The notes under the pieces were generated by a model. It searched no databases. It was not told the origin of the DNA and worked only from the letters and a program-made list of their open reading frames with translations. 64,000 nucleotides of DNA from the human T2T-CHM13v2.0 reference genome, Homo sapiens, in assembly GCF_009914755.1 (NCBI RefSeq), contig NC_060929.1; one strand, written 5' to 3'. This document shows positions 13,142 through 27,256 of the stretch, in pieces. Positions within the stretch are counted from its first letter, which is position 1. Each line of letters opens with the position of its first letter. The position numbers and the translations under genes were made by a program.

Positions 13142-15097
13142 ATGTCCAAAAACAAAACTTATTTTCTTCCTGCTCCCTTCACTCTTTCTCCAATTTTCTC
13201 TTCCTTTTGCTTTTCCAGTCTCATTCACCCAGTTTTTGGAGACAGAAATAAGCTATTTTCATTTGGTTCATTAGCTTCTTTAATCAACTATGAAATCTCA
13301 TCTGTATCAAACCTGAAATATTTTTTGAAGTCACTGACTTTTTTTTATTTGCTATGCTATTCCATCCACCAACTTCCCTTTTTGAAATATCAAAAACGTA
13401 TTCTATCTTTCTTTATTGTTTCAAGATTTGCTGTGTGGAAAGATATTCTCTGCTTTGTAGTCAGAGTAAGAGTTCTAAAATGTAATCATAGATTTCCTTT
13501 ACTTAAAGACCTATAATATTGTTATGTTGATTGAGGGATAAAAATAAATTTTTAACATAACTTCATTAACAGTTTTGTAAAAAATATCAAATAAAAGCTT
13601 CTAAAACTGACCTAACCCCCATATTCAAAAGAGAAAATCAAAATCAAAACCACAGTAAAGAGACGGAGGTGGAGTAAGGGTTTAGAAGCACCAGCAAAAA
13701 TTTTAAAAAATGTAATGTGTTTGTGTCCAGCATATCCACATTCATTTTATCTGTTGTACCACCACCTAAACAAAAAGCAACTAAACAAAACAAAATAAAA
13801 TAACTGTTTATGACAGGAAACATGCTTCTGAAAGATGACCAAACCCTTTTTTCTTGAAAGTCATCAAGTTGGGAATGGCATCACACCAATGAACATGCCT
13901 CTAGAGGTCAATCAATCACTTATAGTCTCACCCTACTAACCACACATTTACAATTAACATCAACTTGCTTCCATATCTAAAAGGCCACTAATCATTGAAG
14001 TCCATACTTTCCAAGAAAATCTATGTAAGACAGCAGTTTGCTCTGCTCAGAAAGATTGTGCTTTTACAATGTCATTTTCCAGGATCTCAGTAAGCAATGA
14101 ATTCAGGGGTGTGCATGGCTAATTTTAGACACCAACCGGCAGTGTTGTTGTTAGTGTTGTTGTTTGATGGAATATAATGATCTGGGCATCAATGATTTGG
14201 CTGATGGGAGCAAGATTGAAAGATAAAGGATGAGCCTAAAAAAGAGTGATATGGATGGATATGTGGAGAGAACACAAAATGTGAGAATTTTTGTGTCTTG
14301 TGTAATGCTTATCCAGAGCTATCCACACCAAAAAGTTTTCAACAACTAAAAAGAACAGTAATCCTATGACCACAAACATTTTGCCATAATAACCGAGATA
14401 AAGGAAGTGCAGGCGCCCACCAACATGGATTCTCATAAAGACTAATTTGCCTACTGCCATTGTGAGTATTCTAACCAGCCATCAGTAGAAACCAACACTA
14501 TGTCTTCAATATACTACCATTTCTAAAGGTAGACAGTAAATTTTATCAGACCTCTTCCCTTCTGAAAGAAACAGCAACTTGACACCAATTTTGAATGAGT
14601 TTGCTTTCTGTGCCTGTACTGACATTTTAAACATCACTACATATGTTTTGAAGAATTCCCTATATCTGTGATATGTGCACAACATTGTGTGTAAGTTATT
14701 AACCCTTTCAGTATCAAAGGAAGTGCTTCAATGGTTGCATGGTCAAATAATCACCTATCTTACTACATATGCTGTCAGTAGAAATCTCCAATCTGTGAGC
14801 TCAAACAGCATTTAAAGAGCTCATCTAAGACAGAACATCACCACAGGTCTTTGCAGGGGTTCTAGCTCTCCTCCAGGATGCTGAGCCAACAGGCAGTATA
14901 TGGTGTTTTCACTCTTGTAGCTATTAAAGCAGACAAGAATGGAGAACACTTTTAACAATCAAGTGGAAATATTTGGGTTTATTATCAATGCAACTGGTAG
15001 TCTGCAAGATTTGAGGTCCTGTTAGATTGCGTGTTTTCTGCCAAGGAGCACTGTAAGGTTTCTGCTGAATTTGAGTCTAAAGCTACCACTTGATCTC

Positions 15098-15403
15098 TTT
15101 TTTTTTTGTTTGTTTTTTTGAGATGGAGTCTTGTTCTATCGCCCTGACTGGAGTGCAGTGGTGTGATCTCGGCTCACTGCAACACCCACCTCCCTGGTTC
15201 AAGCAATTCTCCTGCCTCAGCCTCCTGAGTACCTGGGATGACAGGGGCATGACACCATGTCAGGCTAATTTTTTTGTATTTTTAGTAGAGATGGGGTTTT
15301 ACCATGTTGGCCAGACTAGTCTCGTACTCCTGACCTCAGGCAATCCACCTGCCTCGGCCTTCCAAAGTGCTGGGATTACAGGAACGAGCCACCGCACTTG
15401 GCC
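15098..15403 (-). mobile_element. Alu (AluSx/Sz-like)
   Basis: Full Alu in reverse complement; TSD cacttgatc(t/a)cttt. Confidence 0.95.
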
Positions 15404-15892
15404 CACTTGATCACTTTTAGTTTTCTCCGTATGAAGAATGACCAGTGTTGGAGGGGAAGGATTGAGGGAAAGGAATATACTTCACTGGCAGATTCCAATA
15501 ATCATAAGGACCTATAACTACTTTCACAGAGTAGAAGGAATCTCAACCCATAAAATTAATTGCGGCATTTCTTGAAGCTTTCATGCTCATAAAAGTAACA
15601 GAGAATGTGAAATTACAGAAACTTCATCCTCAAAAGAGAAAGTGACTCTTGTCTCATATCTCTCTGTTATTAAGTTCAAGGTTATACCAAAAGGTAAGAT
15701 ATTCAGCCAGACACAGTGTTGTCTGGCTATGAGGGAAATATAGAATTAGCGACAAAGGAGAGAGGTAGATATTAATTACATATTCAACATAAACTACAGA
15801 AGTAAATATTTAATCCACTAACTTTCTTACATTGAATCTTTGAAGAGATTAGAGGTCTAGTTTTAAAGTGCCACAGATATAGATAAGATTTA

Positions 15893-16326
15893 GGCCAGGC
15901 ACAATGGCTCACACCTGAAATCCTAGCACTTTGGGAGGCTGAGGCAGGCAGATATAGATAAGACTTAGGCCAGGTGCAGTGGCTCACACCTGAAATCTCA
16001 GCACTTTGGGAGGCTGAGGCAGGTGGATCACCTGAGGTCAGGAGTTCGAGACCAGTCTGGTCAACATGGTGAAACGTCATCTCTACTAAAAATGCAAAAA
16101 CTAGCCAGGCTACTGTAATCCCAGCTACTCAGGAGGCTGAAGCAGGAGGATTGCTTGAACCCAGAAAGTGAAGGCTGTAGTGAGCTGAGATCACACCACT
16201 GCACTCCAGCCTGGGTGACAGAGTAAGACCCTCTCTCAAACAAAATAAAATAAAATAAAATAAAATAAAATAAAATAAAATAAAATAAAATAAAATAAAA
16301 TAAAATAAAATAAAATAAAATAAAAA
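15893..16326 (+). mobile_element. Alu with duplicated 5' end and (TAAAA)n tail
   Basis: Alu starts at both 15893 and 15968; pentanucleotide tail ~16244-16325; TSD aagattta. Confidence 0.95.
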
Positions 16327-16372
16327 GATTTAATGGAGGAATAGAACAGGTCTGAATGGTGCAGGTATGGAT

Positions 16373-16835
16373 TGTGTCTGACAGCTCTTGTGCTCCACTA
16401 TGATTCTCAGTCTCATCTACATGTGTTTTTCATTCATATGGCAACGTCCAACTTTGCATAGGTCAAAATCAGCTTCAAGCTAGCGCGAAATGACTGTTCC
16501 CTTTATCAGGACTATGCAATCCAGGAGTGCAAGGCAGTTAATCATTCACGAGGAGAACTTCTTACCAACTAGGAATGAAAGCCTATGAATAAGTGCCTCC
16601 AATTTTTTTCCCCAGATGGTTGGTCGTGGGAACATTAAATATATCTTCTCAAGTGGTATCATGAGATAAAAGAGGCAACCAGCCATAAATGTGGCTGACT
16701 CAAACTGCATTTTTGCATTGTTTTTCTCTTTTTCTTTGATAAGATTTTCCTAATTCCTAATAATTTTGGGACACGTTTTCCAGTAAAGTGGATTCAGAAC
16801 ATTATTTGAGGATATGATTTCTGGAGAATCCAGTG
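16373..16835 (+). mobile_element. LTR16-like ERVL LTR (probable 3' LTR of the old ERVL remnant)
   Basis: Follows the ERVL-type PPT gcaggtatgga; ends ...ttccagtaaa...ttctggagaatccag, like LTR16. Confidence 0.55.
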
Positions 16836-17059
16836 TGCTGTGTGGTGCGTGTGTGTATGTGTACACTTATACAATTTGAAAATTTTTGGGGTGAAATTTT
16901 AGATTCTCCTTACTCTGTAAAAGTAATTTAAGACCATTATAATAACTGAACTCTGCTAGTAGAGGGTAGAGTATTTCCTTCTCGCTCCCACCCCCACCCT
17001 CATTATTTGGAAAACAAAATACTTAATAAAATTAAGTAAAATCAAACAGAGTATCTAGA

Positions 17060-17970
17060 GTCATTCAGAGTGAATGGTGTAGAATGGGTCAAGGGTGAGA
17101 GATAAATATAAGTAGAAACAGATTCTTGACTGCTTTTAAAGCTAAAGTGAAGATTTTCCAAAGTGACTAGAGAGTCATTGATAATTTCTGAGATTGGAAG
17201 TCACATTTTGAAAGCTGTGATTTAGAGAAATTAAACACTCATTTAAGAAGGAATGATGCATAAAATGATTTGTGTATGGTTGCCAGAAGAGAGGCTATTT
17301 CAGTAATCCAGGTGTAAGATGATGAGCTACAGAGCCAAGGTGGTGGGTGTTAGCAAGTAAATAAAATGACACATTTAAAGACATTTGGAGGGAGGGATTG
17401 ACAAGATTTGATTGCCTATTAGATAAATAACTGACGAAAGAAGAAAATGTATTAAAAATAACTCTAAGAATATCAAGCTGTGCACAAATAATTTTCTTCC
17501 TGAAACTCTTATTTTTCATAAAGCAAATGATCATATATAAAGAAGTGGCTGTAATGTACTAAAAAGTGCAGATTTAGGAATCAATAAACTTATTCAACAG
17601 ATATTAATTGGGAGTGTATTTTAGGCTAGGCACTAAATATTAGGCTAAGGCTAGCGTGTGGTGAATAACAGTGTATAAAACAAGCAAAATATAACTGTCC
17701 CTATTGTCATTTATTCTATAATATTAGAGGAAGGGAGGAAAGACCAATCAGAATAACATTATTTTCAAAAATATTACAAATGCTATGGAAAAGCAGAGCT
17801 TGGTGAGGAGGCTCAGAAGTGCTGGGAGGTAGTAAAAATTTTAATAGGGTAAATAGTAGGAGCCTCATTGGCAAGATAACATTGGAACGCAGACTAAAAG
17901 TGAGCCAGTTGGCTACGTGAGGATGTGCTCTCAAAGCAGAATGAACAACTGATGAAAAAATCCTGAGGCA
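17060..17970 (-). mobile_element. L2 fragments
   Basis: gaggctatttcagtaatccaggtgtaagatgatg and attcaacagatattaattg...ctaggcac L2 motifs. Confidence 0.65.
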
Positions 17971-18049
17971 AAAGTTTCAGAAAGAAAACAGAAGCCATCT
18001 TAAAGAGGTTCCCACAAACAAAATTTGGTCAATTTATAAATCTAATAAG

Positions 18050-20390
18050 GTTTTTTGACATGACCCTTTTAGTTTTTGAGCACATTCTTAGTTTCTGACA
18101 CACAGAAAACATATTGGAGGGTTAGTTTGTATTTTATTATTCTCTACACCTGAAATTACATATTTCTCAAAGAAGCCTTGCAAACAATTTACAAAAGCAT
18201 GACTGATGTCTAGTCATGCTCATTATTACGGTGGTGTCATTACTTCTAGGTCTTGTCAGCAGCCTGTGCCATCTCTACATCCATGATTCCATCTAGGAGT
18301 TTTAGGACACTTTTGATTCCAGCCCTCCCACTGCCAGAAGGGAATATGCCTTTTCATCTTGCCATGTTTGTATCTATAGCTCCCTTTTCCCATACAGAGT
18401 ATCCAATTTCTCAACTATAACCAGATTTGTTAAAAAATTTCCTCTTACATTATGTACAACATTGTATTGGAGTTGAATCACCAATACCACTACCAATAAC
18501 CAACATCCTAAGTTCAAGGTTTTTATTGTTATCCTTAGACTATATCTCACAGAGAGAGTATAATCCAAGTATTGTAGTCAAAGACACTTGAAATGACTCT
18601 GTATGTGTGTGCGTGTGCATGTTCTATATGTTATCAATTTCATATACTTATTGTTTTGTTGATAGTTCATTTTAATTTCCCCTTCTCTTAATATAATTGA
18701 GATTTAATTATATTGTTTGAATTTGGGAATCATATGGTTCAAAAATTAAAGACTCAATCTTTTTCTATCTCTACTATACCATTGCTTTGCTTATTGGTTA
18801 CAAATTTAATTCGTTTTGTTTTTATGGTTTATGGTTTTGTTTCTCCAATAAAAGATTGCACATACATAATAATATGTCACATTTTTTGTTTTCTTACAAA
18901 TAGCAGTACAATATATACATACTTTATTTTACACATTGCTTCTTTAAAAAGAGATTTTGTCCTGGAAATCACTTCATATCAGCTCATAAAAGTCTTTTCA
19001 TCCTGTTTTACAGTTTCATAGTATTCATTGCTCCCTATATTGTAGTTTTCAACCGGTCTTCTGAGGTAAATTTTTAGACTGTTTCTAGTATTTCACAGTT
19101 TAAAATAATGCCACAATAAATATCTTTGCATGTGTTTGTATGTTGGAAGTATAATTTAAAGTAATTTTTAAAAGTAGAAATCCTGGCCAGGCGTGGTGGC
19201 TCACACCTGTAATCCCAGTACTTTGGGAGACCGAGGCAGGCGGATCACCTGAGGTCAGGGCTCAACACCAGCCTGGCCAACATGGTGAAACCCCATCTCT
19301 ACTAAAAATACAAAAATTAGCCGGGCATGGTGGCTTGTGCCTGTAATCCCAGCTACTCAAGAGGCTGAGGCAGGAGAATCACTTGAAATCAGGAAGCAGA
19401 GGTTGCAGTGAGCCAAGATCGCACCACTGCACTCCAGGCTGGGCGACAAGATCGAGACTCCATCTCAAAAAAAAAGAATTGCTAGGTTATAAGTATAATT
19501 GCAAGTTTAGTTTTTTAGATGTCATATTCTGTACATAGGAGTTATACAAATTTTGCAGCCCCTCTAGCTATGTATAAGGGTGACTCAGCCTATAGCTTGC
19601 CAATAAAGTGCATTTTCAGGGTTTTGAATTTTTGTCATTGAAAGATGAGAAATAGCATCAGAGTATAGTTTTAATTTTCACTTCTCTGGTGTTGAGCGCT
19701 TTTTATAATTTTCAAAAGCCACTTCAAAATGTATGGGGGTGTGTGTTGATGTACTATTCATTTTATGTGTGTGAGTTTATGACTTCGGCACATTTTTTGA
19801 TCAGTTGTTTAGTCATTTTTTACTCAATATTTAAGGAATTACTTATATAATAAGAAAATTGGCCCTTTTTATTATATTTATTACAACTTTGTTCTCCACT
19901 TTAACATTTCATGTTTCTAATTTTTTAATGCAATTATTTTATAAAGTTGAATATATTAATATTTTATTGCATCTGAATTTTTTAGTTACAATTTAACTTT
20001 GTTCTCTCACACTCAGATTAAAAGTGAATCCACATGGAGCTTGTTTTTACTGCTTGTATAATTTAGGTTTTTTTATATTTAGGTAACATTTATTTAGTGT
20101 TTATTCAGGTATATGTGTTTTTTAGGTATTCAATTTTATCAATTTTTGTTTTGCAAAATGGCTATCCAGTTCAGCCAACACCATGTAATAAAATGTCTAC
20201 CTTTTCCTCTGCTATTTGTGATGTCATTTAATTGTATATGAAAATTGCCCGTGTACTTGGGTGTATTTCTGAACATTCTGTGCTTTTCCTCTGGTCTACA
20301 TGAATTGGGATAGCTTAGTGTTTACGTTTTTGCATCTGACAAATCTAGAGTCCCCTCATTGACCTACTTTTCAGCTTATTCTATTATTTC
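18050..20390 (-). mobile_element. Old L1 (L1MC/L1ME) 3' fragments
   Basis: Degenerate L1M reverse-complement motifs (tatttctcaaagaagcctt, ataatgccacaataaatatc, atagttttaattttcacttctct, atccagttcagccaacacc). Confidence 0.6.
19185..19475 (+). mobile_element. Alu (AluS)
   Basis: Full Alu with A tail; TSD-like agaaatcct/agaattgct. Confidence 0.95.
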
Positions 20391-20392
20391 AT

Positions 20393-20755
20393 TGCAATGG
20401 ACTAAATGTCTGTGTATTTCTAAAATTCATACTCTGAAAACTTAATATCAATGTAAAGATATTTAGAGACAGTGTCTTTGGGAGATAATTATGTCATGAG
20501 AACAGAACCCTCTTGAATGGGATTTGTGTCCTTACAGAACAAGGCTAGATAACTAAATAGTCCTATTTCTGCTATGTAAGGATACAAGAAGTTGGCAGTC
20601 TAAAACCTGGAAGAAGGCCTTCACCAGAACCCAATCATGCCAGCTTCCTGATCTCAGACTTCCAACCTCCAGAGTTATCAGAAATAAATTTCTGTTGCTT
20701 ATAAGGCACCCAGTCTATGGTACTTTGTTTAGCAGCTCAAACTGTCTAGGAAACA
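20393..20755 (+). mobile_element. MLT1A-type LTR
   Basis: tgcaatggactaaatg start; ctgatctcagacttccaacctccaga; gaaataaatttctgttg. Confidence 0.8.
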
Positions 20756-21980
20756 TATGTGTGTGTGTGTGTGTGTGTGAATCTTACAATCAACTGGTAT
20801 ATAGGTGAGGTAGGGGTATGCTATGTTTATTGGAATTGCATGAAATTGACTTATGTTTTACAAAGATTGCTTTGATGGTGTGTTTATGCAGATCAATGGT
20901 GAAGATTGTGAGAAATAATGGAAGTAGCATAATATTTTGCTATTGCAAAGCATTCATTTCATTTATTACAAATTATTTGGGGCATAAATATATATGGATA
21001 TATATATGGATATATATGTATCCATATTCCATTCCATTCGAATGGAATGAAAATGAAATGTCCAGATGAATTGCATATAAGCTGTTACAAAAAAAGATTG
21101 AAGCTAATTATGTCTCCAAGTATCCTGACCTGAGCAATCAGAATGAGAATGTTGCTATCCATTAAGTGACAGAAAGTTGTGGAAGAAACAGGCTTGGTAA
21201 AATTAGTGAATTTTGAGAAGTTTTTTAAAAAAATATTTAAGTGAGATTTGGAATAGGAAATAAGATGGAATTTTGGGGAGAAATTTATACTGGAGTTTCT
21301 GCACAATGAGTTTTGCTATCTTTCCTACAACTGCTGGTTTTGATTTTAAGCACTATGTCCCCTCAAATTTCTCTATTGCCTTCCATTTGTTGAAATCATC
21401 TTACTTTGGTTATGTAAAGAATGTACGAACTATTTGCCAGATTTCGTACTGTATTTGCCTAAAATAACTTCCCTTTTAGGGATTATGAATTGATTAATCC
21501 TAGCCCTAATTTTGGGGTTTAAACAAATAGTAAAATGACATATAAGAGATTAGGCAGGGTAAAGTAGCTAAAGGTATAAATATCATGATGAAGAAAGGTT
21601 ATAATAAATACAAGAATATGAAAAATATACCTTAAAAATAGATAGATACTTGGTACAGTTCTCCTTACTAAGCGATTCAAACAAATATGTCAAAATATAG
21701 AAATTTTCAATTTTCTTCAGTAATAAAAAGCAGATATGAGAAAATGCAAAAAAATCAACAGTTTTACACTTGATATTGGAATAGTTTATGACTTTTCCAG
21801 TCTTATATGTTTATTTTATGACTAAATATAATTTTTGTGTTTACATCCTCAAATAGTATTTGGTATACAATATCATGTGTAAAGAGCTGGAAATGAACAC
21901 TCTGCCTGTAATATTTTTAGGTGTATATCAAATACATAAAGTATAAATAAAGTATTTCTCTTAGTTTGGAACCAAACTTC

Positions 21981-21992
21981 CGTGTGTGTGTA

Positions 21993-22023
<31 letters not shown>

Positions 22024-22040
22024 ATGTGTATATATATATG
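21981..22040. repeat. (TG)n/(TA)n microsatellite
   Basis: Visible tandem dinucleotides. Confidence 0.9.
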
Positions 22041-23016
22041 ATTATGTACCTAAATACGGTTAGGAATTTAAACGTGTTATAGATTCTAAACATTATTAAA
22101 GAACAGAAAAAATAATATCCAAATGAGGTCGAATTTTAAAAGTTGGCTTCATGTGAGAGGTGACTTTCTAGTTCCATAGATTGCGAAGAGGGAGAAGAGA
22201 ATTATGGCTTTGTAAATGGCTGAAGTAAAGGCCAGGAAATAGAAATAAACCTAGTGAATTATAAATATTGTTATAAGTATGTTGATAAAATATATAATAG
22301 GAATATATGGAATACAAATAGAAATGATCACACATATTAAATATGTGGATGTGAAAAACATGTTTGCTCCAAAGTACCATAAAATGTATAGTTTTTTTCT
22401 TATTTAATGTGTGTTATTAAAATTATAATCTACACGAATAAGCTGCCAGTAAAATGCATTATCATGAAGAAGTTGTGGAACATAATTAGGAAATAACTTT
22501 TGAAATATTTGGGGAAATACGGTCGTGAGTTAAAATAATAGCGCATGGTTTGTTATTTAAACCTCAACAACTACTGACAATCAAATGGAAATAAGTAAAT
22601 CACCTCCAAATTATAGGGGAATGTAACAGATATTTAAAAATTATTATAGAATCAGAATTACCAAAATAATGTAAATTATTAAGTACCTTTGAATAAAAAT
22701 ATAGTTCTAAGTTTTTTAAAGGTTATGCTTATATAAATAGAGCAGAATTGAATTGGACTCACTGGAGAATAATAGGTAAAACCTGTACATATGATTTATA
22801 TGTATGATTAACAAATTGCTATATATTTTCACTTGAAAAATAAACACAAATATTTTACTCTTATAAGATGATCTTCCGTTGTTTGATATATAATTTACAA
22901 TGAAAAGTTATGTCTTAGAAATCTAAGGTGTGTGTTACTCCAGAGTTTCTGGAAAATATTCATTTAGCATGTCTTCAATAGATTAGTAGAGTGCACTGAC
23001 TTTTAGGCAAACCTAT

Positions 23017-23420
23017 TGTATTAGTATGCTTGAGCTGCCATAACAAAATATCACAGACTTCAAAATACCACAGGCTTAAACAACAGACATTTATTTTCTA
23101 ACTTCTGTAGGCTGAAAGTCCAAGATTAAGATGTCAACAGCATTGGCTTTTGGTGAAACCTCTCTTTCTGGTTTGCATGTAGTCACCTTCTTGCTGTGTC
23201 CTCAAATGGACATGACCTTTTTAATATGCCCATGAAGACAGAAAAATCTCTGGTGTCTCTTCCTCTTCCTGTAAGAACACAAGTTCTGTTGACTTAGGGC
23301 CCCACTCTATGGCCCAATTTAACCTTAATTACCTTCTTAAGTTACTCATCTCCAAATACAGACACATTGTGGGTTAGAACTTCAACATATAAATATTGGG
23401 AGACCCCAAATAGCCTATAA
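23017..23420 (-). mobile_element. MLT1A0/MLT1B-type LTR
   Basis: tgtattagt...gctgccataacaaaata...ggcttaaacaacaga; TSD cctat on both sides; internal 17-bp tandem duplication at 23044-23077. Confidence 0.8.
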
Positions 23421-23624
23421 CCTATACAGTCAGATTAAAGAGTAAGTAAATAGACTTACTGAGGAAAGTTTTAAAAATATCCGAAGTGGTTTTTTTGGCA
23501 CTTTCATTCCAGTCTTTCTTTCCATAAGGTGGGGATGATGGAAAACAAATAAAGTGGTGGCATAGCAAATAATTCCCAATACTAACACTTTCTGTCAGTA
23601 CTAATCCAGAAAGTTTTTAAAAAC

Positions 23625-24080
23625 ATATTTTTTGTGACAGCACAGATGAACTTGGAGGAAATTATGTTAAGTGAAATAAGCCAGACACAGAAAGACAAGT
23701 ACTGTATTTCTCACTCTTATTAGAAATCAAGAACAGTTGATCTCATAGAATTAGTGAACAGAATAATGGTTACCACAGAAAGGGGAAGTTGAGGGGGACA
23801 TGATGAGGAGAGAACGGTCAATGGATACAAAGCTACAATTAAAAAGGAAGAAAAAATTATTCTGTCTTATTGCACAGGAGGGTGATTATAGTCAATAATA
23901 AAATATTGCATGTCTCAAAATAGCTAGAAAACAGAAGTTTGAATGATCTCACCACAAAGAAATGATAAATGTTTGAGGTGACGGATACGCTAATTACACT
24001 GATTTGATTATTACATAATGTATGAAAACATGGCATTGCACACCACAAATATGTATCATTATTACGTCAGTCTTTAAAAA
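23625..24080 (+). mobile_element. L1MA-type 3' end
   Basis: gatgaacttggaggaaattatgttaagtgaaataagccagacacagaaagacaa; aaagaaatgataaatgtttgaggtga. Confidence 0.85.
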
Positions 24081-24619
24081 GTAACGATAATGGCAATGCA
24101 TGGAGATGTATGTGGAGCTTTCACTTTAGAAAAATTAACATCTTCATGAATACCACAAAAAATATAATTTTTTATCAATGTGAATTACAATTGAGTTTTC
24201 CTGAAGAGATAATAAGTACAAGTAAATTAATCCAAAAACTTATTTCAGTGGGTTGTTTATACCACTTAAAAAATTGTATAGTATATATTGTTGATGGAAA
24301 TAATTTTACTGCTAATATATGGTTTTTATAAAGTCATTTATACTTCAAAACTCATTACTTCTATGAAAATCACAAACATTGTATTATTTTTATAATTATA
24401 ATCTCATTTCATTAATGATGAGAATTTTAAATTATCAGAATTTAATGATACATTTCACTTTATGCTGTCATCAAGTATGAATGATGGTAACATTTAGCCA
24501 GTTGAGCTTTACATATATTCAGAGAGTAAAATGAATGTAATGTTAAGATACAGTTAAGAATTTCCTTCCATGTCTTCCACCTTTCTCTGTAGATAAAGAC
24601 AAGGTTAATTTGGGCATAT

Positions 24620-25860
24620 GTTTTTATCATGCAAAGTTTTGTTTGCCTTTTACTAAAATTGTATGCATCCATACTAACATACAGGTGTGTTTTATGTTCA
24701 AAAATTACATTTTTGGCAAGATATAGTGTGCAATATTTTATGCCAGGATTCAATAATTTAATATTTTTTTCTATGATTTCTTTGTGCCAACATATATAGA
24801 AGTAATTCATTTATTTAACTGTTACATTATATTTTTAATGACATTCTTTCTTCATTCTGGTAACAGAGAGGTTGTTAGGCCATTTCCTTTTCTTTTACAT
24901 TACATTTTTACTGTATTTTTTTTTCTAGATTTATTCTGCTAATATTTTACTTAAAATTTGGAACTGCATACATACGTAAGGTTAGCCTATGTTTTTCTTT
25001 TTCTTTTCCCAGAAAACACTTAACTGGTTTTAGCATTAAGAACTATGTATTTATGTAGTCACATAATGTAATTGTGTATAAGCCACACACATTAAGGATT
25101 TTTTTCAATTTTTAAAAATGTTATGGATTGTGTTATAGGAAATAAGAAGTTTTTTTTAAATTTTTTGTTAAAAATTTATATAAACAAGTGAGCTTGGTTT
25201 TATATTTAATTGCTTTATTTTGTTGACTTGTTGAAATTTGTGAGTTAAAGATCAATACAAATTTTCAAAGCTGCGTGTGTCAGTTTTGGTTGAGGGCTGT
25301 CTACAAGTCATGGTTGATTTTCTCTTTATCACAAAGTTGATCATAATATTTTCTAATTACTTTTATATTTTAATTATATTTTAATCCATTAGTGGTCTTG
25401 CCCTATGTTTCAGTTTTGGCTATTAATATATGACTTTTTCATTCCTTTTCTCTCTTGATTACTTTTCCTAGAAGCCTATTTTCTCTTAGCCATGTTAGAG
25501 AGTCATATTTTTATTTGATTGTTTCTATTTAATTATATTATTTGTTCATTATTCATTTTACTTTTCTTATTGTATTTTTCTTTGAGTTTATACTTCATTT
25601 CTGAACTTAGTAATTTGACTATGTTAGCAAATTTGTTTTATGCTAGATAATTTTCTAACGTATGTTGTTAGCATTATAATTTTTGCTCCAGTAAAAATTC
25701 TGGTTGAATTCAATAAGTATTACATAAAGATTTTTCCTTTTTTTAAAATTGTATATATTTTCTAATTTCATGGATTATTTGTTTATGAGACAATAAAACT
25801 TCTCTAGCAAATTCTTGTTCACTTCAAAAATATATGAGCATTGGCCTCTGGGAGAAAGTG
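24620..25860 (-). mobile_element. Highly degraded L1M fragments
   Basis: T-rich sequence with scattered L1 ORF2 reverse-complement motifs (ctgctaatattttacttaaaattt, tggttttagcattaag). Confidence 0.4.
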
Positions 25861-26338
25861 AAGATTTCCCCAAAGAAGTTCTGTCTTCTGAAAGATGGGT
25901 TTTTAACACACATATTTGTATGGACTATAAATACACGTTAAGTCAATAAATCATGTTGTAGGCAGGTAATCCTCTGGATAATGAAGGCTTATTATTTGGT
26001 AATAGAAATATTATATCATGATGAGATACTAAACCAGAGCCAAAAGTGTTTGGGCTGCTGCTTTGTTTCAGAAGTGGTTTGGAATGATTTTACAGTAAAT
26101 ATCTAGTTATTAAAGAAAAAGGTTCAGAATGATTGGAAGCAATTTAGTTTTAGAATAATTTCCCCAAGGATTATAAAGGAAAACTAATCCCTAGGTACTT
26201 TGAAGTCTCTCTTATTTGAACTGTTTATAATCAATGATTATTATGTAATTCTAAAATGCTTACATTTTTGGAAAGAAGAAATATATAAGGTTTTATAGAC
26301 AAATGTCATTTGAAAACAATTTTATGACTGTAACTGAC

Positions 26339-26462
26339 TTTTTTTTTTTTTGAGACAGTCTCATTCTGTCACCCAGGCTGGAGTGCAGTGGTGCAATCTC
26401 AGCTCACTGCAACCTCTGCCTCCTGGGTTCAAACAATGCTCGTGCCTTAGCCTCCTGAGTAG
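26339..26462 (-). mobile_element. 5'-truncated Alu (right-arm part)
   Basis: Poly-T, then gagacagtctcattctgtcacccaggctggagtgcagtgg...cctcctgagtag. Confidence 0.9.
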
Positions 26463-27256
26463 TGACATTTTCATTCATGGAATTAAAACCTGGGATCACT
26501 GACTTGCTGGCAGCCCAGGAATTATGCAGTCATTGGTCAGTGTTGGCCTTGATACCTCTGAAACCTCTTTTCAGTTTTTGTTTTCCTCTTACTAACCCCC
26601 GAAATTATATTCCATCACCTCTTCATTTTCATCATGTTACTTTTTCATGATCCACTGTCATTTTTTTTCTTTTTACTTCCATATCAAATTAATTCAGAGT
26701 GGGATGAAAGGTGACGAACATTAGCTTGACTACCAAGTGATAAGGCCTCAACAGTCCAGGCAAATTCTAGCCTAATTTCACATATGTAAGTAATTAAGCT
26801 CAAGGAATCCAAAAATAATTTTAATGTATGAACTGATGTTGAATTGGGTGAGTGAATAATTTCTGTGAATATTTTCAGATAAGTGACATTTAAAGAATGA
26901 GATACTAAATGATTTTAGAAAGCTGTTTAATTTTGCCAAAAATCAAATAGTTCACATTATTTTCTAGATTGATCTTTATGTTCCACTTTCTTTGTTTATT
27001 TGAGTACAATTTTAATTTGTGATATATTTGTTAGGAAGAAAACATGTATAATAGTACAGCTTAATTGTATTAACATTTCTACATTTCTTTTATCTAATAC
27101 ACAAAAGATAACTTTAAACTTATACCTTAAAACGCTATGAAAAAATCAAAGTAAGCCTTGTTCTCTGAGCAATGTAGTTGGTATGGTTCTTACCTGAATA
27201 CCCAGAAGATATGTCCCCATCTAGAGGGCTCAGGATCATTTTGGTAGGTGAACAAG

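Larger units (their letters stand above)
14150..16372 (+). mobile_element. Old ERVL-class internal remnant (RNase H/integrase region; ERV3-16A3/ERVL-E-like)
   Basis: 14431-14530 aligns by eye to HERV-L integrase zinc-finger sequence at 34567-34664; 14251-14340 parallels 34321-34420. Confidence 0.7.

Noticed and set aside
16244-16325. Regular repeat array (CRISPR-like or satellite)
   Set aside because: A (TAAAA)n microsatellite from an Alu tail, with no spacers; the DNA is eukaryotic
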